Assembly (NCBI RefSeq): GCF_964194025.1
Contig: NC_134471.1
Location: forward strand, 5,704,001-5,768,000
Reading direction: 5' to 3'
Length of the DNA stretch: 64,000 bases
Source of the DNA: Convolutriloba macropyga
Taxonomy: Eukaryota
Positions 11,687 to 23,900 of this stretch are shown piece by piece. The position numbers and the translations under genes were made by a program. The notes under the pieces are model-generated. The model had not been told where the DNA came from, searched no databases, and saw only the letters and a list, made by a program, of their open reading frames with translations. Numbering within the stretch: position 1 is the stretch's first letter; every line of letters begins with the position of its first letter.

Positions 11687-14600
11687 AATAATAATAAATT
11701 AGTTCTCGAGTTTATTCCATTGCTTGCATTTATAAAATTACAAAGAACAAAACAAAACCCGAAAGGACATCAAAAGGTCAATAGACCTGTCAAGTGGTGC
11801 TTTTTAATTCTTCTCAAAGTCTACTTATTTGTTAATTCAAACCCTCTCAAATCACATTTCATCCAGGTAATACCATTTTCCAATCAACCTTAAAAACTTC
11901 TAAGGAAAGGTTTAATAAGAAGACCAATTTTACAAAAAAAAATGCAGCTCGCTTTATTCCTTACCAAAAAAGGTTAACAAAAAATCTGTTAACTATAATA
12001 AATGATTCTCTAAAACAATGTAAAAAGTTTGTTAAATCCTGTGCATTAAATGAGCATAGTTTTGGAACAATACTTTCATCCATTTTAGTTAAAACATTAT
12101 ATAAGCGTCTTAATCTATTAAGGAGTGACTTGTTTTTTTGCTTCGTTAGCAAAAATTTTCTTTTGATTAGATGAGTTCTTTAATTTATTTGGATATTCTT
12201 TTCAATTAATTCAGGAAATGAGATATTTAAAAGTTTTACAGCAATTTTATCATTTCATATTTGTGTAACTCTTTAACAGAAAACAACTTGTGTTTACATC
12301 GCAGTTCGCCGATGCTTTGGAATCTCTTAGCTGAAAAAAAACAAACGAAAAACTTTGCTTTGCCGCCACCCTAATTTTTGAAAATCGCTTTCATTGGCCA
12401 CTCAAACAAAACCCCGTACTGTTATACTGGTTGAATGTAACCTTTTTATCATCGGACTAGTTTGTGTCTTTTGAAAAAGTTTTTTTACTGATAGATGGCC
12501 GCTGTTAATGAATTCATACGACTAACTATTTTCTCAATATGTGATTTGAAGCTCAGTTTACTATCTATGTAGACACCCAAATACTTAATTTGGTCGACAA
12601 ATTCGATGTTGAAATCATAAATTTTTATTTCAGTTGTCTCATTAGTAGCACCAAAACCTATAGCCTTGCATTTATCTCTATTTATTGCTAATTTATTTGA
12701 TTCCATCCAAACTGACACTTTTTCTACTGTATAATTAATTCCATCGTCCACCTTTCCGTAAATATTTGTATCATCAGCGAACATAGTTACATTACAGTTT
12801 GTACCAAAAGCCGGCAGATTGTTTACATAAATCAAGAACAGAAGTGGCCATAAAACAAAACCCTGCGGTACACCGCAAAAAATTTTTTTCAAAAGATGAT
12901 CGCTGCTTGCTAACTGAAACACATTGTTGTCTGTTGGTCAAATATGAATTAGGAATGTCTTAAATTTTTCCCCTCAAACCATACGCAAAACATTTTTGGA
13001 GCAAAATTTCATGACTCACAGTATCAAAAGCTTTCGTTAAATCAATAAAAACTCCATAGTAACTTTCTCTCGAACACAAAGAAATTCGTATTGTTTCAAC
13101 AACCTCCGACACAGCATCAATTGTGTTTTTCTTTGCCTGATATCCAAACTGTGTCTTGTTTATTACTGAGTACTTGGACAAAAAAAAGGGAATTTTCTGT
13201 AGAGATTTCTCAACAATTTTTGTAATAACTGGGAGCAGTGATATTAGTCTATAATTACCGAATTCGATTTCGTTGCCATTTTTGTACAGAAGTATAACTT
13301 TGGCAATTTTTAGAGTTCTAGGGAAATGGCCCTCATCAAAGCAACGATTAATTAATTTTGCCAATCTTTCACACACGCTTGGATTAATGAACATAATCAG
13401 TTGATTTGAAATGTTATACAAATCAGCGGAAGTTTTTTTGGGCATTTGCTTGATAAAATCGAGAACTTCTTTGGCTGTGACGTTAGTTAAGAACATGGAA
13501 TTTTCTAACTTTCTGACCCGGCTTAGATCTGACGGCAGATTACAACTTTCAGATAATTTCTTTCCTGTTTCAACAAAATATTTATTGATTTCATCAGCAT
13601 CTAGAATACCAATGTTTTTTTTTATTTTCGTTCCCTTAATATCGTCTATTATTGATAAAAACCGTTTATTTTTGTTTGCCTTTTCTTCAATTTTTTGTTC
13701 GTAAATTTCTATTTTTGCTTTTTCGTTAGGTTTTTTAAACGATTACGCAGCTTATTATCTTGTTTTCTATTTTCGACAGACTGTTCGTTCTTCAATGTCT
13801 GTTCGTTCTTCAAACTTTTTAAGACTGGGACTTTTCAACAGGTTATTCAACCAAGGCTTTTGAACCTGTTTGAATTTTTCGTTAGTGTGCTTTTTTAATT
13901 GTTGCAGGGGTACATAATGATTCAACGCCTGGTTTTTGACCCTCGTTGAATTCGTAAAACTTAAATCTAAATCAGAAGATAGATATAGTTTATTTTTTGT
14001 TCCCAGTTTTTTTTTGCAATACTGTAATTTAAATCTAACCTGAATCTTTTTAGGGGCCTAAAAAGAGATTTTTTGTTTTGTTTTTCCGGATCAACTCTTG
14101 TTTCCTTGCAGCTCAATTCTACTCCTTTGTGGTCAGAGATCATTGTATCCTTCACGTTTACGGAGGCTTCAAAATTCGCGAAAAGAATAACAATGCATGC
14201 TGCCGTACAAGAAGTGACTCTTATCGGTTCTGATCTATTCTTTATTTGCAGTCCTGCACAAAAGAAAAAATACCCAAAACCTTATAAATTTTGTTCGATT
14301 GTTCAATCACATTTAAAATGAATTCACCACAAAAAACTTGCAAACTCTCCGGTTTGATAGTGAACTTATTAAGTTGTTCTTGAAAAACGTTTATGTACTC
14401 ATCTATACCATAATTTGGAGTTTTAAAACCAACAGTCATCACTTTTTCATTTTGATATCCTAAAAACGCAACTGTCAACAATTGTACATGTTCTTTGTTT
14501 GTCTTCGCTTTAATTTGAACTTTGATGCCTTTCCTAAAAAAAATCCTTCACCTTCACCTCTTTTTTCTCTGTCACTCCTCAACAACTGGCCATATCCATT

Positions 14601-16007
14601 CAACTGGTAAGCATTTTGGAAAAAATACTGGTTGCACCAGGTTTCTCTTAATGCAATCACATCAGGTTTTGATTTCTCTTGGTTTATAAAGTGATCTAGC
14701 TCATTAATATCTCTATGGATTGATCTTAAATTTTGAAGTAATATTCTAAAAGTCATATATGTCCAAGAAGTATTCTGACAAAATTGCAGCCATAAACCAT
14801 TTTTTCTTTTTTGACTTTTTTCGAATCAGTTTTACCGGTTGTCGCGGAATCGCAGCGCAGAACAGAAAAACTCAAGCCTTTATTGAGTCAAATAATTTGT
14901 TTTTGAAATAAAGATTAAACAAGTTTAGAGGATTATAAAAGGATTTACAGGAGACGGAAGCCGCGGTAATCGCTGTACTTCAGACTAAATTATTTTCTGA
15001 TCCAAAGTGCTATCAGTGACAAAACAATATTTAAAGTTCACTCAGCTTGCAACAGGCCGCGGAAATCGAAGCGCCCGATGCAAGTTTTTGTTTATGAAGA
15101 AGTAAAAAGAAAAACAAATTCAAATAACATGGTTGAAACCGCGGAATGCCTGAAACCGCGGAAATCGCAGAACCTCCTGCAGTAAAATTTGAAAAAAATA
15201 ACAACCAAAAGCACGTAAGGCTTACACAGATAAAAATAAGCTAATTAAAAAAAATCAAGAAAATTAGTTAAATATTAACTTTTCTTTTTTATCCTTTTTT
15301 CATCTTTGAGAAGTAAGCTTAAATGAAACTTGTATCAAAAAACATAAATCATATTGCGCACATATTTTGTGTCTTCAATACTTTAGACGTTAACAAAAAG
15401 TTATAATGAGTTACTCTCAGTTCAAACTTTTTCCAGCACTTTAATTGGCTTTTCCAATTTCAAATATAGCTTTGTTTTCTTCAGGAGAGAATGATGTAAA
15501 TAGCCGATCAGCACGTCCATCATCAGTCAGTCAAAGTGGCTGCTTTGGTTTAAGGAAACCAGAAACTTGATCTTGGCTACGATTCTGCTCTCGCACAATT
15601 GGATTCTTTACATTTTCCAATTCAGTAACATCATTTATGTTACAAGTTTTTTCGCCCATCTCCTTGATCGCAGAATACGGACACCGTGCAGTTATTAGTA
15701 CTTGTTATGAGTCCTTTGCCTTCCGCGAGTTTCTTGATATAAGCATCCATTGCAGGTAATCCTTCTCGTGCGTAAATATTCTGTTGATTTATTTCGTTTT
15801 TTTTCCTTTGAGGTACCTTCGATTCGCATATATCTGGTTTTTATCACAAAAGTAAAACAACTTGACAATCACGGTAGCCATTTGACCTCTATCTTCCGCT
15901 CAACAACGTAGAATATGACACGCTTTGATTTTACTCGGTTCCAATTCATAGCGCAGAAATTTTTTAATGAAATAAACAATCCGTTCCAATAATGCACCGT
16001 TCCAATA
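11687..16007 (-). mobile_element. Near full-length decayed LINE (CR1/L2/Jockey-group) in protease intron 1
   Basis: APE endonuclease motifs: ILLQNLRSI, PDVIALRETW (14475-14756), SDH (~14130). RT motifs: NYRLISLLP, QFGY, FIDLTKAFDTV (12960-13496), GVPQG, MFADDT, KYLGVYID (12485-12922). The 3' end has the hairpin aggtc-tatt-gacct, AATAAA and a (TTA)n tail. Multiple frameshifts. Confidence 0.92.
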
Positions 16008-16585
16008 ATAGTAACGTGCTATTGTATATAACAACACATAAATTGTAATTGCGGGCATAAAGAACACGTATCTTTTCTGTTCGTCCCCCCCCCCGCCCGA
16101 GTGGATCCACAGTATTTGCATCCCTCAGACGCACTTGCCATATTTTTAGATAATGATTTACTATGTAATGACACGTGTTCTGTAACGGGAGGGGGCGCAT
16201 AACGTACTGGAGGGTACAAACGGAAACGAAACATAAACACAGGGGACCGAAAAAGAATAGATCCAGATATTAGATTAACACATGGGTCATAATTTGCAGG
16301 TGAGAGTTTCAGAAACTTTTCTTGGGCTAGGTGTTTACGGGCTATGTACAACAATGATTATCTTGAATCTTTGGGTCTTTCCCATTATAGCCCTATCTCC
16401 CAGTTTAATGGTCAGATGACCTATCCCCCCCTCCCCCGCATCATGGTAAATATACTATAAGGGGGATATAATTTCATTTGGGGGCGGGGGGCTAAATAAA
16501 AAAAACCCACGTCTCTCTCTCATATCCTCCCCCTTTACAGAGCCATTACACCATTACTATGGATAACAGAAAATATCCAATAACT

Positions 16586-16712
16586 GGGTCTTTCCCATTA
16601 TAGCCCCCATGAAATTATAGCCCCCCATTATGGTATAAATACCACGATTTGGGGGCTATAGGTTATCTGACCACTAAGCGGGGGGGGGGGGGGGCTATAA
16701 TGGGAAAGACAC
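16586..16712. mobile_element. MITE family A (TIR GGGTCTTTCCCATTATAGCCCC), 8-bp TSD
   Basis: TIRs at both ends and a perfect TSD caataact (16578-16585 / 16713-16720). Related copies lie near 9934, 11140, 16373, 17986, 18988, 22620, 29913, 31021, 40330 and 50259. Confidence 0.9.
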
Positions 16713-16749
16713 CAATAACTTTTCTCACATTTTTCACTGAACATTTCAG

Positions 16750-16892
16750 CTCAGTCAATAGAGGTGCAAGTGGGTGATTTTTCTGACCCAGAGAGTGAGA
16801 AGAGGTCAGTGTCTGGACAAGCTACAGTGCACCCTGATTATAACTGGATGGATGACAGTCAGGACATTGCCCTCATAAGACTGGAGCACAAG
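16750..16892 (+). CDS. Serine protease exon 2
   Basis: Acceptor tttcag| in phase 1 (G+CT = Ala). AQSIEVQVGD...VHPDYNWMDDSQDIALIRLEHK contains the catalytic Asp (DIAL). Donor AAG|GTACTT, phase 0. Confidence 0.92.
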
Positions 16893-17929
16893 GTACTTTA
16901 TAGCCAAGCGCAGAAGCTAAAACACCCGAGCGCAATTTATAAAATGTTAATAGTCTCCAGTACCAAAAAATGTCAAAAGTTCCTTTTAAATACCACCAGA
17001 ATTTCAATATTTCGAAGTGAATTCTGCTGAACCTTGCTTTAAACACGAATCTTGCAAGTTTGAAAGAGCCGAAATTTCCTAGAAGTCAACTTCTAGCTCT
17101 GTTTATAGGGACTTCTGGCAGTTTAACTTCTGGCACTGCAGACTATCGGCATTTGAAATCTTGCAGGAGCGTGTTTTAAGTTGCTGCTGTGCTTTAAATC
17201 AGTGCTTGGAGTAGTGAGAATTTCTGGCGCTTCTAATGATGAACAACCGCGTAGCCGTTAGAGACGTTCAGCTAGAATTATGAGGTTATTTCTGCAGAGT
17301 CACTTCAACTTGATTAATGACGAAATTTGGATCTATTCTGTTTCGGACCTCCAACTTTTTTTGTATCCCCCATAAAAGATGGGGGGGGAGACAGAAAAGA
17401 TCCCGAAATGTAATGAAAATCAATTTCTGGCTCTGCATATAGTGATTTCTGGCATTTCATCTTCTGGCACTGCAGACTTTTGACATCATATCTCGTGCAA
17501 TTCTTGTTGTTTCAAGCAAAGTTAGTTGACAATATAGAAGTCACTTCAATATTCTGGTTCCATCTCTAGCCGCTACCCTGTTATCGACAACCGCCTGAAA
17601 TTACTCAGTCATTTATCCTGAAGCAGAGTTGCGTGACGGGATCTATTCTATTATGCAGTATATGCAAAAACCGGATCTATTCTATTTTGCCCCCCCCCCC
17701 CCCCCCGCTTAGTGGGCATAAATCTTTTATGACCCCCAGGCGCACGTGCTATATTTTACATAGTAACGTGGGATCTACACTGTTTCGCCCCCCCCCCCCA
17801 GTGTTTTTTATGACCCCAGTTACAAATTTTATGTTGTTATATTGCACGTTACTATGTAAGAAAATAGCACGTGCGCCTGGGGGTCATAAAAATTTATGCT
17901 CACTAAGGTGGGGGGGGGCAAAACAGAAT

Positions 17930-20900
17930 AGATCCGTAACGTGCTATATAACAACATATAATTTGTAACTGGGGGTCAGAAAAAAGGGTCTTTCCCATTA
18001 TAGCTCCCCCATGAAATTATAGCCCCCCATTATGGTATAACTACCATGATTGGGGAGCTATAGCTTAGCTGACCACTAAGCTGGGGGGGGGGCTATAATG
18101 GAAAAAGGCCCTTTAAAAACACTGGGGGCGAAACAGAATAGATCCGTGTAACCTATACATGATGTTCAAGTTTTTCAAATTGCGAGTTCTGCGCAGTGTC
18201 AGATCCTAGAATGACATAGATTTTCCATAAATAGTGATGTATTTTAAAAATAGCAAATAACGTGTTACGTACATGTTACGTGACGTGTCTCTACAAAGGT
18301 CACTTTGAATCTCCCTCTACCATCATGAACTCCTGCGTCGTTCTAGATGATGCCAAATAACCTTTTCTAGAAGCCAGATAACCTACACATATTTTCCGTT
18401 TTTGACTGCGCAACTTGTCAATGCATGCCAATTCCAACCCCCAGGCCTACATTCTATATTTGCATTCAACGGCTTGCTAAATGATGAAACAAATAGTTTG
18501 AGCCGGGGCGCATAATATACTGGGAAGTCAATATATCAAACCAAAGCGAAGCGAAAAAGTTAGAAAAGTCAACAGGTATGAACGGTAAAACTTTAGACCT
18601 TTTCAGTTTCATATGGGACGCTAGGTATCGCTTCAGCGCAACAATTTGAACAAATTCTCTGAATACTTTTTAACAGCCGCGAAGCGATAGTGGCTATTAT
18701 TGGGGACTTCGTGGTTTTTACAATCAAATAATTGGATTGTATTGGTGCTCTGTCTTTTTTTTACAATTCAAAGAATTTGAATTGTATTGGGGCGCTGTCT
18801 TTTTACGACTCGAAGAGGAGTATTGGAGAAGTCTTTTTTAATCTCTTTTTTAATCAATTTTTTTGAAAAGATTTTGGTGCTGAAGAAAGGTGGAGAGCGG
18901 AGCCAAAAGAAAGTGGTTTTTGTCCATACCGCTAGATCCGTAACGTGCTATATGACATATAATTTGTAACTGGGGGTAAGAAAAAAGGGTCTTTCCCATT
19001 ATAGCTTCCCCATGAAATTATAGCCCCCCCATTATGGTATAACTACCATGATTGGGGGGCTATAGCTTATCTGACCACTAAGCTGGGGGGGGGGCTATAA
19101 TGGAAAAAGACACTTTAAAAACACTGGGGTTGAAACAGAATAGATCCGTGTAATCTATACATGTTCAAGTTTCTCAAATTGCGAGTTCTGCGCAGTGTCA
19201 GATCCTAGATTGACATAGATTTTCCATACATAGTGATGTATTTTAAAAATAGCAAATAACGTGTTAAGTACATGTTACGTGACGTGTCTCTACAAAGGTC
19301 ACTTTGAATCTCCCTCTACCATCATGAACTCCTGCGTCGTTCTAGATGATGCCAAATAACCTTTTCTAGAAGCCAGATAACATATTTTCCGTTTTTGACT
19401 GCGCAACTTGTCAATGCATGCCAATTCCAACCCCCAGGCCTACATTCTATATTTGCATTCAACGGCTTGCTAAATGATGAAACAAATAGTTTGAGCCGGG
19501 GCGCATAATATACTGGGAAGTCAATATATCAAACCAAAGCGAAGCGAAAAAAGTTAGAAAAGTCAACAGGTATGAACGGTAAAACTTTAGACCTTTTCAG
19601 TTTCATATGGGACGCTAGGTATCGCTTCAGCGCAACAATTTGAACAAATTCTCTGAATACTTTTTAACAGCCGCGAAGCGATAGTGGCTATTATTGGGGA
19701 TTTCGTGGTTTTTACAATCAAATAATTGGATTGTATTGGTGCTCTGTCTTTTTTTTACAATTCAAAGAATTTGAATTGTATTGGGGCGCTGTCTTTTTAC
19801 GACTCGAAGAGGAGTATTGGAGAAGTCTTTTTTAATCTCTTTTTTAATCAATTTTTTTGAAAAGATTTTGGTGCTGAAGAAAGGTGGAGAGCGGAGCCAA
19901 AAGAAAGTGGTTTTTGTCCATACCGCTGTTTTTGAGAGAGCGAGAAGCTGATGTGTGAAAAAACTTTCTCTAAGCAAGCGAAATTTTTTGTTCACGTGCG
20001 GCTTTTAAACACAGTTTTTTGCAACTTTTGATGATTATGAGGTTTGATTATGATATTGTATTAGTTTTATGCTTGTTGTGATATGAACTGAAGGTTTCAA
20101 GTAGTTAATTTGAGTTTATTGCTAATTTTGAGGTTTTTGATCATTTTTGCTGATTTTTAGACGAAATTTAATAATTTTTTGCCTGTTTTTTGTTTTACTG
20201 CTTAAAGTGGAATTCAAATAGAAGCTTGTTACTTAAGGAATTTTCAGATTCCAATTGATTAAAGTTTTGTTGGTATAAAATATGTTTTTCTAAGGAAAAC
20301 TGACAGAAAAATTGAGAAAGTTTAAACCATTTTTCTTTTTTTTTGCAGCTTTCGTTTTATTTAATCTTAGACAATTTTTTTAGCCTATCATTACTTGCCC
20401 ATTATTTTGCGAGATTTTCATAGCTCTGATTCGAAAGGAACTTTATTCGCTTTTATGTTTCCTTTTTATTGAAAAAACTCATTAAATTTTTCTAGTTCTT
20501 TTTTGTACAATTTGTTTTTTAATGCCGTTTCTAATGTTCCTTATTTTTTATGGCATTTGTGGAGGTTTAGGCTTCACAATAGTTGTTCTAGTTGTTTAGT
20601 CATAATTATGGGCAGTTTTCTCCTTCGAGTCGTTTCCGGAATTCTTCCTGCTATGTTTTTTTTCTAAGATCTGTTCACACATTTTCATGATTTTTGACGT
20701 CAAATTGGAGTAGTGATTCAGAAAGTGAACAGTAACCTATTATCAAACCCTAAAGAAGGTTCCCGGGCCATTGAGACTGGACGAGCCTAAAAATTGACAA
20801 ATTAAAAAAAATTGCTGATATTTGTGATATTAAAATGTTGGAAACCATTCCATTGCCATCAAACATTTTGCAGTAACCCATTACAAAAACCTATAGGAAA

Positions 20901-23900
20901 TGGGGCTGGAAAATTCTAAATAAAGACAGAATATGTTAAGAAATTTGTAAAACAAAAATGCAAGTTTTCATCAAAATGTTGCTAAAAATATTGCATCATG
21001 ATGTTAATATGATTAAAGTCGTTATATTACATTTATAAACTATGCATTAATCTATTATTAAACTCTGGAGGAGTTTCCGTTACACTTAGGGCTGAAAAAA
21101 ATCAAAATATAACAATATTTAAAATTAGTATAAAATTGCGTATTAGTACCGAAAAATATAGCTCTTGAAACGATCATAAAAAGTTATTATGTCTTGCAAA
21201 GATCTTTATCAACTTTTCAGAAACCCCAATTGTAGAGTGGCTCATAAAAAATTTGAAAATGACGAAGAAACGCACAAAATTGCAACATTTTGGTCTCGAA
21301 AACTCTTAAAAATTACCTTTGAAACATGAATTAAGGCCTGCCCCGTCGCTTCACCGCTCTAAGAACTTGACGGACTACTCAACAGGGCTAAGGACCGCTA
21401 ATGAAATTTGATGCCCGCCTAACTTTACCTGTTTATCCCGTTTTTAAAGCTCGAAGTCAAGAAAAAAGGTGTGAAAACATCCTACAGAAATAAAAACATA
21501 GCAGGACAAGTCCTGACGTACAATTCAAGGAATTTTCATTGACTAAACAGAAAACTAGACTAAAAACGGACTATGAATGGATTGGGAAAACCATTTAGAA
21601 AAAATTCCAGTCCAAAAAATTGAAAAGACTGCAAAAATCAAAGTGAAATTGCCGCATGTAAACAAAAAAAACCACTAGCGAGAAGGCGAATTTTTGTTGA
21701 AACACCGTTTTCTAACTCTACAATCCACAAAACACAAACCGTTTTTCTCTTAGAGCTAAAAAACTTCAAGCCACAAAACAACTCGTTTTTTCACTCCACT
21801 TCCTGTCACGCCGAAACAGGAAGTGGAGTGAAAAAACGAGTGGTTTTGTGGCTTGAAGTTTTTTAGCTCCAAATTTAAAGTAGAGTGAGAAAACGGTGTT
21901 TGAACAAAAATTCGCTGCCTCGCTAGCGGTTTTTTTGTTCACATGCGGCAGTTTCACTTTGATTTCTAAAGTTTTGTCGATTTTTTGGATCGATTTTTTT
22001 TCTAAATGGTTTCCCAAACCGTTCATAGTCCGTTTTTGGTCTAGTTTTCTGTTTATTCAAAGAAAATTCTTTGAATTGTACGCAGGACTTGTCCTGCAAT
22101 GTTTTTATTTTTGCGAGATGTTTTCACACCTTTTTTCTTGACTTCGAGCTCTAAAAATGGGAAAAACGGGTAAAGTTAGGCGGGCATCAAATTTCAATAG
22201 CGGTCCTTAGCCATGTTTAGTAGTCCGTCAAGTTCTTATAACGGTGAAGCGACTGGGCAGGCCTTAGTTCAAGTTTTAAAGGTCATTTTTAGGAGTTTTC
22301 GAGACCAAAATGTTCCAATTTTGTGGGTTTTTTCGTCATTTTTCAAATTTGTTTTGAACCACTCTACAAATGAAGTTTCTGAAAAGTTGATAAAGATCTT
22401 TTCAAGACATAATTACTTTTTGTGATCATTTTAAGAGCTATATATCTTGGTACTAATACGCAATTTTATACTAATTTTAAAATTTTTTACATTTTGACTT
22501 TTTTCAGGCCTAAGTGTCACGAAAACTCCTCCAGAGTTTAACAATAGAAACACTTTAAAAGCACTGGGGTCGAAACAGAATAGATCCGTGTAACCTATAC
22601 ATGTTCAAGTTTCTCAAATTGCCCCCCATTATGGTATAACTACCATGATTGGGGAGCTATAGCTTAGCTGACCACTAAGCTGGGGGGGGGGGCTATAATG
22701 GAAAAAGGCCCTTTAAAAACACTGGGGGCGAAACAGAATAGATCCGTGTAACCTATACATGATGTTCAAGTTTTTCAAATTGCGAGTTCTGCGCAGTGTC
22801 AGATCCTAAAATGACATAGATTTTCCATACATAGTGATGTATTTTAAAAATAGCAAATAACGTGTTAGGTACATGTTACGTGACATGTCTCTACAAAGGT
22901 CACTTTGAATCTCCCTCTACCATCATGAACTCCTGCGTCGTTCTAGATGATGCCAATTAACCTTTTCTAGAAGCCAGATAACATAATTTCCGTTTTTGAC
23001 TGCGCTACTTGTCAATGCATGCCAATTCCAACCCCCAGGCCTACATTCTATAGTTGCATTCAACGGCTTGCTAAATGATGAAACAAATAGTTTGAGCCCG
23101 GGCGCATAATATACTGGGAAGTCAATATATCAAACCAAAGCGAAGCGAAAAAACTTAGAAAAGTCAACAGGTATGAACGGTAAAACTTTATACCTTTTCA
23201 GTTTCATATGGGACGCTAGGTATCGCTTCAGCGCAACAATTTGAACCAATTCTCTGAATACTTTTTAACAGCCGCGAACCGATAGTGGCTATTATTGAGG
23301 ACTTCGTGGTTTTTTACAATCAAATAATTGGATTGTATTGGTGCTCTGTCTTTTTTTTACAATTCAAAGAATTTGAATTGTATTGGGGCGCTGTCTTTTT
23401 ACGACTCGAAGAGGAGTATCGGAGAAGTCATTTTTAATCTCTTTTTTAATCAATTTTATTGGAGTGATTTTGGTGCTGAAGAAAGGTGGAGAGCGGAGCC
23501 AAAAGAGAATGGTTTTTGTCCATACCGCTGTTTTTGAGAGAGCGAGAAGCTGATGTGTGAAAAAATTTTCTCTAAGCGAGCGAAATTTTTTGTTCACGTG
23601 CGGCTTTTAAACACAATTGTTTGCAACTTTTGATGATTATGAGGTTTGATTATGATATTGTATTAGTTTTATGCTTGTTGTGATATGAACTGAAGGTTTC
23701 AAGTAGTTAATTTGAGTTTATTGCTAATTTCGAGGTTTTTGATCATTTTTGCTGATTTTTAGACGAAATTTAATAATTTTTTGGCTGTTTTTTGTTTTAC
23801 TGCTTAAAGTGGAATTCAAATAGAAGCTTGTTACTTAAGGAATTTTCAGATTCCAATTGATTAAAGTTTTGTTGGTATAAAATATGTTTTTCTAAGGAAA

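Noticed and set aside
21766-22425. Recurring ORFs such as MNGLGNHLEKK / ENHLEKNPIQK (also 25370, 42990, 59591)
   Set aside because: Translations of non-coding family C repeat sequence. Frames differ between copies and there are no protein motifs.
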